DNA of 64,000 nucleotides, taken from NCBI GenBank assembly GCA_001275005.1, contig JWZX01003001.1:1-64000 (forward strand), in the 5' to 3' direction. Shown here piece after piece: positions 10,101-20,562 of the stretch. Source of the DNA: Chrysochromulina tobinii. Its lineage: Eukaryota. Under the pieces are notes generated by a model. It was not told where the DNA came from, did no database searches, and worked only from the letters and a program-made list of their open reading frames with translations. The translations under genes and the position numbers were made by a program. Within the stretch, counting starts at the first letter, position 1. The number at the start of each line of letters is the position of its first letter.

Positions 10101-12303
10101 GCGAGGCCTCTCTGTACGACCTTCTCTACAGTCCCGAGTCGCCCTATCCCGTGGGCACTCCGCTACCGGTACCCGAATTCGTCAAGCTGCTGCGTGAGGT
10201 GGGCGCTCGGGATGGCGCCTTGTTCCCCTCTTGAGTGCCCTCTGAGTGCCTGTGCATGCAGGTGGCGCTTGGGATGGTGTATCTTCATTACTCTGAGTGC
10301 CTGTGCATGCAGGTGGCGCTTGGGATGGTGTATCTTCATTCGATGGAGCAGCCGCTGCTCCACTTAGATCTCAAGAGCGCTAACGTGCTCCTCGACAAGA
10401 ACCGTACCGCTAAGGTGTGTCCCTGATGACCTCTGATGACCTCTGATGGCCTCTGATGACCTCTGATGAGATTCTCGACAAGAATCGTACCGCTAAGGTT
10501 TGCGGCTTCAGCACGCGGATAGGTCGCCCTGGTCGACATGCCTCGGCGAAGATTGCCGCAGATTGCCGCCGATTGCTGCTGCGAGTCTGAGCGCCACAGA
10601 TTGCCGCCGCGTGTGCCCCTGCTGCTCCCTGCTGCAGGTGTGCGACTTTGGCATGTCACACGTGCTCGAGGACGCGGCCTCCGCCGCCGCCGAGACGGGC
10701 ATGGGCAAAGGCATGGGCTCTCCGCAATGGAGCGCGCCTGAGAAGCTGCGAGGCGGCGCGTATGACGAAACGGCGGACTCGTACTCGTACGGCATCGTGA
10801 TGTTCGAGGTGCTGAGCCGCTCGCTGCCCTATGCCGGGCGCGACCAGTACGAGCTGATGATCGGTATCATCACGCGCATGCTGCCGCGCCCGGCACTCAC
10901 CGACGAGCAGGCGCAGCGTTGGCCCCGCCGGCTGCCCAACCTGATGGCTCAATGCATGCGGGAAGAGCCCTCCGAGCGGCCCGACTTCAACGAGGTGCGT
11001 GATTGCCGCGGATGACCGCTGATGGCTACTGATTGCCGCTCGCCGTGATGGATTCGCTCGAGGTCGGGGTGCTTGATTGCCGCTGATGACGCCCCCTGAG
11101 TGAATGGACCGCTGATTGCGAGTCCAATCATCTTACGTCCTTTGTCCTATGACGAGATCATTCTCCTTACACCTACCAAATTTGGAAATGAGGAGTGGAA
11201 CAATCGATTAGTCTTTCGGAGGACCTAGGCTCATGCATTCCCTGACCAACTGCCACTCTGAAGGCGCATGCATTCCCTGACCAACTGCCACGCTGATGGC
11301 CCTCTGATGGCCCTCTGATGGCCCTCTGATGGCCCTCTGATGGCCCTCTGATGGCCCTCTGATGGCCCTCTGATGGCCCTCTGATGGCCCTCTGATGGCC
11401 CTCTTGCATGCCTGCCTGCAGGTGCTCGACACCCTCAACACCCTCTTTGCACGTGACAAGCGCGGCAGCATCGTAGGCAGCGCCTTCGTCTCCGAGGCTG
11501 GCGGTGCAGGGTCAGCATCAGCATCAGAATCAGCATCAGCATCAGCATCAGCACCTGCCATATTAGGGTCGACATCAGCACCGGCCTCGGCGGAGCCTCG
11601 CAACGCCCCCCGCGATGGCCTCACTGCCACGTCGCCGGTCCTCCTGTATGCATCCACGCCCTCTGTGCGGCTGCCGCGTGCACGCTCAATGGTGGTAGGC
11701 AAGCGGCAGGTGGCGGAGCTGCGACACGAGCTCGTCAGCAGCCAGGCGCCATCGTCGCCTGGCACGCCCCCCGCTACGCCCGCCGCCACGCCCGCCGCCA
11801 CGCCCGCCACGACGCCTTTCGAGGAGGCAACCACGGAGGCAGCCACAGCGCCAGAGCCCATGGCGGCGCCGGCGCGAACGGCGTCGTCGGCTCCTCCGAC
11901 ATACAACCGCCATACAACCGACATACACCCGGGACATACAACCGACATACAACCGTCGTCGGCTCCTCCGCGGCAGCAGCTGCGCATCGAGGTGCCGCAG
12001 CACGACCGCGCCAAGGATGGCCAGGCGATCTTCGTGATCGCCTGCCAATGCGATGGGCAACGTTGGACTGTCGTTCGCAAGGAACGCTCCGTCAGCGAGC
12101 TGCATGCTGCCCTCCAGCCGCTACTCCACTTTTTGCCCGACCCTCCACTCGAGAAGCGCGGCTGGTTCGGGCGGGGCACGGCGGGGCTGGCCACACAGGC
12201 GCAGCGGCTGCAAGAGTATCTGACCGAGCTCACGCGCGATGGGCAGTGGGCATTGGACGATCGGCGCGTGCTGGCGCGGTTCCTCGACGTGCCGCCGCGG
12301 TGA
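7147..12303 (+). CDS. TKL/RAF-like protein kinase with long low-complexity N-terminus and C-terminal PX domain
   Basis: Inferred exons 7147-10004, 10081-10198, 10313-10414, 10638-10994, 11422-12303 (GT-AG, frame-consistent). Kinase motifs GAGAYG, VAIK, HLDLKSAN, DFG, GSPQWSAPE. PX-like C-terminus WTVVRKERSVSELHAAL...LQEYL...RFL. Confidence 0.88.
11293..11403 (+). repeat. Intronic 11-nt minisatellite (CTGATGGCCCT)n, about 10 copies
   Basis: Directly visible, just upstream of the acceptor AG at 11420-11421. Confidence 0.95.
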
Positions 12304-13539
12304 AACACATTCGGGCCGACATACATCATACTCATACAACCGCCGGTGAGGCCTTATCTCAGGCTCACACCTGTCCCGGGTGCAAGGCTCCTGATGTACA
12401 GTGTAGTGTACGGGCGCGTGCGTCCGGGGCGCGAGCCCGGCCACTGTTGTGCATCTAGAGATTCTTCGGCGCGCAGTCGCGGCCGGAAATCATGCACTAC
12501 CCTCCCAGAGCCGGTCCGGGACGCGACACGCGCGAGCTGGAGCTCTCCAGACCGCAGACCCGCGCACGCCCGACGGCGACGCCATCGGCCGCGGCGCGCG
12601 GGCGGCACACCCCCACCCGCCACTTCCCGCCACCGGCACGCGGCCGACCTCACGTGGTCGCGACCTCGCGAGTCCCGGTGCCGCCGCGGGCTAAGCCACC
12701 TACACAGGCGGCTGCGCCTACACCCTGCACGCGATAATTTACACACTATGTGTGTTTGCAGGTGTAAGTTATCACGTTGTATTGCATACTACTCGTCTTT
12801 CAACATGTGGGCACCTACTTACACAGACAGCGGCGTGCGCCTATCGTGGAGCGGCGTGGCGGCGTGGGTTGACAAATTCATCGAGACAGAGCTCTGTCCA
12901 CTTCTCTTCGTCGTTGCGTTTAGGCATCGCGCGCACCTCGTCGTTGTCAGAGTCCAGGTCCGTCGTGGGCAGGTCGAAGTCGTCTGCACGCGAGCAGGCG
13001 GTTGCAAGAAACAAGGCGATGAGAAAAAAGCGCAGGCAAAATTGTGTCACGTTCGGTGGAAAGCACGCACCATGGCCGAGAGACTCTGCCCGCCACTCGT
13101 CATCGATGAGATCCAGCAAGGCCGGTGGCTGATGAACGTGGGCGATGAAGCGGCCGTCCTGCATCGGTGGCGCGGGATGTGTTTCGACCTGTGTTAGTGC
13201 ACGACACGCGAACGGAGAGTGTGAATGAGAACAGGCGTGAACACCACTACTTTACTTGACTTGGCCTCAGGGGTTCGGTTTCTCGTGTGTCGATCCTGGG
13301 ATGGGAAGATGGCTGTGTACGCCGAACGATGGTACGATGCGTTCCACGTGTGGCCCCACGCGCTTGCCACACGTGGCAAGAAAACTAGAACAAACGTGTC
13401 CAGAGGCCTATCACCCGTTCGACTGCATCAACCTGGCGGTTTAAGTAATTGAAGTTGAGTCAAGAATGGGGATACAATTGTAAGAGCAGTCGACATTCCA
13501 AGTTAGGAAACCGGACGGAACGAACAGACGCTTATAGAA

Positions 13540-14370
13540 ATGACGCCAAGTGACTTGGAACCCTCAAGGACGCCGCAAGTGGGGTCCATCAAGGACTCTC
13601 CGGCTCAACCGGAGTCTACGCCGCCGCACGCGCAGGCGGTGGCGGCGGCGGAACCAGCAGACGACACTCCCCAACCGGAGTCTGCGCCGCCGCACGCGCA
13701 GGCGGTGGCGGCGGCGGCGCCAGCAGACGACACTCCCCTAGAGAGTACCACCGCGACTGTCGCCACTCCGGCAGCGCGCCGTCCCGGCATGTTCAGGCCA
13801 ACCTCGCAGCTGCGGTCATATTTGGCCACACTATCCGAAATAGCGTCGTCTCATGAAGCCGCAAAGCAGCGGACCATGCCGGGAGGACAGCTCGTAGCAA
13901 TGATGCAGGCGCACACGGTCGCAGGAGTGCCGACTATGGAACAGGGCAGAGGCTCGTATGACTCCGTACTAGATGGGCCAGTCTCGCACGACTCCATGGT
14001 GATAAATGCAACGACGATGGGAAGTGGAGGCAGCTCTGTTTCGACGAATTTGTCAACCCACGAGCCGGAGATGGCGGCACAGGAGCCGCCGCAAAGGCGA
14101 TCGACGCTCCAGCAAGGTACGCGAGGTGTACCGGGGCGAAATCGCGATACCCGCGAGTCGTCCTCGCCAATAGATCCCAACGGGCTGCTGGAAGGCGAGG
14201 ACGCGGCCGAACAGCCTGTGCCGCCATCGCCGCTATTTCATTCTCCGACTCGTGTTCGCGCTGTGGTGACCGTGCGGCACCACCGATTACAAGGGGACAT
14301 TCTCCGTGAGACGGAGCACACAGAGCATGGTACAGAGCATGCCCCCTTGCCAGTTCGGCCTCACCAATGA
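13540..14370 (+). other. Orphan ORF (276 aa) with a 66-nt tandem duplication; possible hypothetical gene or mobile-element relic
   Basis: ATG-to-stop ORF with QPES(T/A)PPHAQAVAAA(E/A)PADDTP x2. No recognisable domain. Confidence 0.3.
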
Positions 14371-15126
14371 ACATGACGGTCCTCGGCTTTTTCGACCTCT
14401 GCACCGGTGGAAGTGAAAGCTCTTAAGCTCGCGGGCGGCGAGGATTCTTAACGTCGGGCCGCACGCCCCCCGTAAAAAGGCCCGTCACGCTCGACCACGC
14501 CAGACGCGCGAACGACGTCGCGTGGAGCGTGGTCGCGGTACATTACATGTACAACTATGTCAAGTGAATAGTAATAAACTTAAAACTAGAGGCGCCGGCC
14601 GCCTCTTGGTGGATCTATAACTTTAACTACGCGACCGGGGCTCGGCCCCGCCGGAAAATTCGGGGTTCTTGAGGTTCCCCTTTCCCCGCGCGCCGCGCCT
14701 CGCGGCGCCTCGGACGGCGCACGCCCACGCGCCGCTATGTAAGTATGTATGGTTGTATGAAAAGTGGGATGTGGGTTTCGTTTTCAGCATTCGCGATTCG
14801 GGTTCCGGTCGCGGGACCGCCTGCGCCGCGCTGCCCGGACAGCCGGACCCGGGCACGGGGCAAGGCGCGAGGCGGTGCCCGGTGGCGCGCTGCGCCGCTG
14901 CGGGGTCCGGCGCCGCGGGGTGTACCGGGTTCGCGTATGTGGATTGTGGTTGACGAACAGTTGCGAGAAATAGGCACACTTCCCTATTAATATGCCTGCA
15001 CACTACCAGGGTGCAGGGGGACACCCTGTCTCGCTACTTGTAGCTCTAGACCCTCTCGGCTCTATCCAAAACCGCGTGCGGCGGATCAAGACCTTGCGGC
15101 ACGTACATGGACATTGGTCTTCTTAT

Positions 15127-16488
15127 TTATCGTTCGACGTGTATGTGCTCGTGCAGCGCAGCCTCGGACGCGCCGACCGAAATCTTCTTGCGGTCCGTGA
15201 GGATGGCAGCCTGAATCGCCGTCCCGTGAGCGACTGCCTCTTCGGGCGACACGTCGCAGTTGAGATCGCGTCCAAAGGTTTCTCTCAGGAGCGCCCGTAG
15301 GCGAGCCATTCGGGAGGTACCACCGACCAGCACGAGCTCGTCGACGTCCTCGACGCCCATCTCGACGCGCGCGAGCACGTCGCGCACCGGCTGGAGCGCA
15401 CGCTGCAGCAACGGCTGCACGAGCGCCTCGAACTGCGCCCTGTCGACCGAGAGAGGTCCGGCCGCTTTGAAGGCTTGAGGCAGATCGATCTGGACGATGC
15501 CGGTATCGCCCTCCTCGAAGACCCCAGAGCAGTCCGCCTCGTCGTTGAGCTCGAGCTTCACGCGCTCCGCCTCCTCCCTCAGCGCTCGCAGTGCCTCGGC
15601 GTCATTCGTCACATTCAGGGAGCCAGCTGGCATGGCTTTCTCTATACGGTGGATCAGATGCTCGAAGATGATCATATTAAAGTCCTGGCCGCCCAGCCGG
15701 TTGTCGCCCGCGGCGGCGATGACTTCGAAGATGCCATTGTTCAGGTTGAGCAGCGACACGTCCAGCGTGCCGCCGCCGATGTCGTACACCATCACCGTGT
15801 TAACCATCGAGTTCGTGTGCAACCCATAGGCCATCGCCGCCGCGGTGGGCTCATGGATGGTGCGGAGAACGTTGAAGCCGGCGTTGATAGCCGCCTGCTT
15901 GGTCGCATTGATCTGCTTCGCGTTGAAGCCCACCGGCACCGCCAGCACCGCGTTGGCCACCGTACGGCCCACGTATGCCTCTGCGGCCATCCTGAGCTCG
16001 TGAACGATGAGCGTGCCAACGTCCTCGGGCGCAAGGCGCAGCCGCTGGCCGCCCGCCTGGAGCTCCAGGTGCGGCTCGAGCTGCGATCGCAAAATGCTCA
16101 GCCCCGGTACGAGCGCAAACGGTAGCCCGCGCCCCTCGCGCTCGACCACCTCGCGCGCGTACCGCTTGCCGATGAAGCGCTTGGCGTCATACACAAGCGT
16201 GCCCGGAGCGACGGCCGCGGTTGCGCGCGCGCCCTCTCCAACGACTAGGGGCGCCGAGCCGTCTGCCGGCTGGAAGATGACCGACGGCGTGATCGAGCTC
16301 TTTGCGCGATTGTTGATCACTGTGACGTCGCCATCCTCAAACACTGCGATGCATGAAAAGGTGGTGCCGAGGTCGATGCCCACGCACGTGACCGGCGGGC
16401 TCGGTATCATCTGCTGGATCGCCGCTGCGAAGAGCACGGCCAGCACGCCGAGGAAGATGAAGGCCTCGGAGGATGAGTCCATTGGCAT
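15127..16488 (-). CDS. HSPA13: HSPA13/STCH-like Hsp70 (N-terminal hydrophobic anchor, ATPase domain only)
   Basis: Hydrophobic leader, then QQMIPSPPVTCVGIDLGTTFS; also EPTAAAMAYG, VYDIGGGTLDVS and LVLVGGTSR. The ORF ends ~25 aa after the nucleotide-binding domain, with no substrate-binding domain. Confidence 0.82.
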   Translation of the reverse strand: MPMDSSSEAFIFLGVLAVLFAAAIQQMIPSPPVTCVGIDLGTTFSCIAVFEDGDVTVINNRAKSSITPSVIFQPADGSAPLVVGEGARATAAVAPGTLVYDAKRFIGKRYAREVVEREGRGLPFALVPGLSILRSQLEPHLELQAGGQRLRLAPEDVGTLIVHELRMAAEAYVGRTVANAVLAVPVGFNAKQINATKQAAINAGFNVLRTIHEPTAAAMAYGLHTNSMVNTVMVYDIGGGTLDVSLLNLNNGIFEVIAAAGDNRLGGQDFNMIIFEHLIHRIEKAMPAGSLNVTNDAEALRALREEAERVKLELNDEADCSGVFEEGDTGIVQIDLPQAFKAAGPLSVDRAQFEALVQPLLQRALQPVRDVLARVEMGVEDVDELVLVGGTSRMARLRALLRETFGRDLNCDVSPEEAVAHGTAIQAAILTDRKKISVGASEAALHEHIHVER

Positions 16489-17271
16489 GACTCCTGGGCT
16501 GGAGCGCCGAGGCCGTGCGGCTGGCCGACGAAGAAAGATGGCTCCGCCACGCACACACCCCGAGGCGCGTGAACGAGAGATCTGGCGAGGTTCGACCTCA
16601 AGCACGAAGAGAGATACTTGGAGAGAGTGCTCCTGAAGAACTGAGGCCGCGGGGCCGAACGCGCGCGGCTAGCGCGCGGCGAGGGCCAAGGAGGATAATA
16701 ACCTCCGGGGCCGAGGGAGAGGAAATACGGAATGGCGACAATCTCTGCGATCAGGACACGGGTTTGCAAGCATTTTAACGATTAACCCCAACACAATAGT
16801 CGTACATGTACACAGACTGCTCTCATTGCAGCATCCCGCAATCGACATAGCAGTCTGACAGACCCGCGCCCCGGACGCCGGAGCCGGTACCCCGAGCATC
16901 TTTCACTGATGGCTTCATTGTACTCATTGATCGCGGAGCCAGGTGCCACCCATGGAGCGATGGGGGGCGCATTTAGCAGGCATCCTCTCGCTGCTCTCGT
17001 TGCTGATGCTGCGTTGATGCTGCCTCCAATACGGTACCATGCTGCGGTACTGCTGCTTCCAAAGGCACTCAGAAAGGCACTCACCCGGTGGTGGTGCACA
17101 GACGGCCTCTCGAGCACAACAGCGGCAGGTGCCATCGGCCCGACCTTCACATATATGTATATAGGCTCTCAACTTCACACTGCGCATGGATCCACCCGAG
17201 GCCACGCCCGGTAGCCCGATCCATGCGCGCATTGGCACTGGAACCGCGCCCTAGGCGACGCGTCAGGGCAC

Positions 17272-18874
17272 TTAACGGCTGGCCGCATGGGCCGCACACG
17301 CTTCGGTCATCGAGCGCATGGCCACGTCCTCGAGCCACTGGAGGTCCATGGTCTGGTGAGCCTCGCAGATGAACCATGGCTCGCGAGAGTCCGGCTCGAG
17401 CATCACGCCGTACTTGATCAGGTTCCATGCGAATTTGCCGTAGAGCTCGTACTCCTCCTTCCGCCAATCACGGTAGTTCTGCGGGACATCCTTTGCGAAA
17501 TGAATGCCAAACATGGCAGGTGGGCCGGAGAATGTGTGCTGAACATTGTGCGCGTCGAAGACACGGCCGAGCACGGCCATGATGTCAGTGCCAACACGGT
17601 CGCAGGTGGCGAGGGCATCCGTACTCTCAAGAATGTCGAGCGTCGCGTGGGCCGCGGAGATGGCGATCATATTCGCGGTGAACGTGCCTCCGTGCACGAC
17701 CCCTCCCTTGAACGAGCCGATCACATCCATCACATCCTTCCGTCCGCCAAAGCACGCAACGGGATACCCATTGCCCATCGCTTTCGCATAGGTCGTCAGA
17801 TCGGCATAGATGCCGTACAGCTCCTGTGCACCTCCTTTGGCGACGCGAAAGCCGCACTTGACCTCATCGAAGATGAGCATGGTGCCATGCTTCGTGCACA
17901 AGTCCCGGAGGTGTTGCAACCACTCCTTAGTAGCAGCAATCGAGCCCGCGTTGCCAATAATCGGTTCAATCATCACGGCGGCAGTCAGATGGCCATACTG
18001 ATGAAAGTACTCATCGAGCATCTGAAAGTTGTTGAGCGAGAGGAGGGTCAGTCCCGTGGGGTTGCAGCACACCGCCGTATTCGGGCGCTGGCCCGCCCCA
18101 AACGGGATCACCTCCGGGGTCGTATCCGAGCGCATGTTCCACCCCTCAAGGTTGGCCTTCCACATGACCTCGTCCTGCAGGCCGTGGAAACCGCCCTCGA
18201 CGATGGCCACCTTGGTCCGGCCCGTGAAGCCGCGGGCGGTGCGGACGGCGCCCATCACTGCTTCGGTGCCCGAGTTGGCGAAGCGCATCTTCTCGATCTG
18301 CGGGCACAAGCGCTTGACCTGCTTGATGACCTCGGCGTCCAACGCCGTCGAGAAGCCGGAGATTACACCTCGGTTTGTGATCTGTGAGCAAGCATCGAGC
18401 GATGGTCAACCTCATCATGATCTAGCAAGCACCGAGCGATGGTCAACCTCATGATGTGCGCACCTCGTCGCACACGGCACGGTCGACGCGCTCGTCGCAG
18501 TAGCCCAGAATGATCGGGCCGTATCCCAGACGGAAGTCTGTGAACTCCTTGCCGTCAACGTCCGTCAGGACGCAGCCCTTGCTTTTGCTGACAAAGACCG
18601 TTGCCTCATCACCCCAATACCTGTAATTCTCTGCGACACCCTGCGGCATGTGATTGTGGGCTTCGGCCATCAACTTGGACTGCTTCGTGCCGCCAGTGCT
18701 GCCGACGACGATCGGCGTGACCCCAATCTTTTTTACCTCCCTCGGCATGGGCTTGATATTGCCATGCGCAGACTCGACGGTCAACGTGACGGCCTGCTTC
18801 GTGGCGACGGAGAAGGAGCGCACCATCTTCGGTATGTTCCAGTTGCGATGGTAAAACTGCGCACCGAGCATCAT
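17272..18874 (-). CDS. Class III PLP aminotransferase, glutamate-1-semialdehyde aminomutase (HemL)-like
   Basis: Exons 18874-18464 and 18381-17272. Motifs FANSGTEA, GGFHG, FDEVKCGFR, TTYAKAMGNG (PLP Lys), HGGT. Diverges from canonical GSAM motifs. N-terminal extension may be a transit peptide. Confidence 0.88.
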
Positions 18875-19258
18875 GTCCGATTGTGCGCAGGGGTCTTCCT
18901 GAAGCGTGAGGGAAAGATGCGAGGTCGCCGCGAGACTTGATGAAAACATTTGAAAATGTTTAGAGTGCTACCGCCGGCTTCCCCACCCCCGTTTGTCGTT
19001 TCTCGTTTCTGTGGTGAGGAGCTCTTACCGGGTACTTTAGACACAATGCGGGGAAGTTGAATTATTATCGAACAAGAAAAAAGAGTTCCCTTGTCTTCAC
19101 GGTGTGCCGTTTGAATGTCAATGGGCTCCTTGCGTGAGTCAGCGCACGCCCAGATCTCGATAAAATAGACTCGTGGTCGAGCCGCAGCTCATAGAAGATG
19201 TATTCGTATGTTGCACACGCTTCCTAAGAATGTATTTTCATTGCGTCTCGTCCCGACA

Positions 19259-19494
19259 TTGGCCATCACCACTCAAGCGCAAAGATGCTGGTCCTGATCG
19301 CGCAATGCTTGTCGCCGACAAGCTCGCCAATGGCGAGGAGCCGATAGAATCCCGGCTGCGTGCGCCCCATAATCGCTATCGCGATGGCGTACCCCCGCCT
19401 GGCATCTTTTGGCTCTTCGCCATTGGCGAGCTTGTCGGCGACAAGCATTGCGCGATCAGGACCAGCATTTTTGCGCTTCAGTGGTGATGGCCAA
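19259..19494. mobile_element. Foldback/MITE-like element with ~90-nt inverted arms
   Basis: TTGGCCATCACCACT...GCCAATGGCGA at the left is mirrored by TCGCCATTGGC...AGTGGTGATGGCCAA at the right, with few mismatches. No clear TSD. Confidence 0.75.
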
Positions 19495-19539
19495 AGTGGG
19501 TGACGTACAGTTTCCTATCGTTTTTGGGTACAGTTTCCT

Positions 19540-20160
19540 ATCGGATACGTATCCTGATGTATCTTGATGTATCCTGCATGTATCTTGATTGTATCTTGAT
19601 GTGTCCCGTTCATATACATCAAGATACATCGAGATACATCAAGATACATTTGTATCTGTAACTTTGGCTATCATTGGAAATGTATCTTATCTAGGGATAT
19701 GTATCCTTCTTTACGATACATTCAGGATACATTTAAGATACATTTAAAATACAATGTATCTTAACCCTCAGATACGTGACACACAAGATACATTCAAGAT
19801 ACATAATGGGATACATCGAGATACACCTCAAGATAGAACGTATCTCGACAGCCCTACTTGCGGCCGCGCTTGGATACCCCCAAACCCCCGAGATACGTGT
19901 ATCTTGCATGTATCCCGCATGTATTCCGCATGTATTCCGCATGTATCTTGATTACCTCTGAGGATACATGTATCTCGCATGTATCTTGCATGTATCCCGC
20001 ATGTCTCCTTCATATCAGATACATCTCTCTCTGGATGCATTTGAGATACATGTATCTCATCATGTATTTCGGATGTATCCCATATGTATCTTGATCAACA
20101 TTGCAGATACATGTATCTCGCATGTATCCCGCATGTATCCCGCATGTATCCTGCATCTGT
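19540..20160. repeat. AT-rich degenerate array of GTATC/GATAC motifs in alternating orientation
   Basis: Dozens of (CAT)GTATC(T/C) and (AA)GATACA units, in a block much more AT-rich than its surroundings. Confidence 0.9.
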
Positions 20161-20562
20161 GAGTAACCTTAGACGTCGCACGCGTAGTGCGCAGAGAGCT
20201 ACAGACTGTACTACATAAGAGAGCTACAACAGGCGAGCAACCCCCGACTCACGCCTGAGGAAAGAAAGCGCGCTCGCGAGAAGCGATCGCTATTCCACAA
20301 GGCGAACACGAGCGCGCGCCCGATTAGGAAATCGGGGCGCGGTGCCACGCTCCGGGGGCCACAAGCCTGAAGCCAGGGCAAGGGCCACACACAGGGGCAC
20401 ATACTAACACAAGACGGTAGGGACCGTCTGACAGGGCAGCCTCAGAATAGCCTCAGGCATTTCCTTCGGACGGAGCCGCGTCCTTATCTCACGGACTCAC
20501 GCCCGGCGTGGAAGCCGGCGAAGCCCCCACATTCACAATGAGAAAGGGGTCGATAAAAAAGC

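Noticed and set aside
16782..17238. Small ORFs between the Hsp70 and aminotransferase genes
   Set aside because: No recognisable motif; likely UTR or intergenic sequence.
19733..20162. Short Cys/Tyr/Met-rich ORFs
   Set aside because: Translations of the GTATC/GATAC array.
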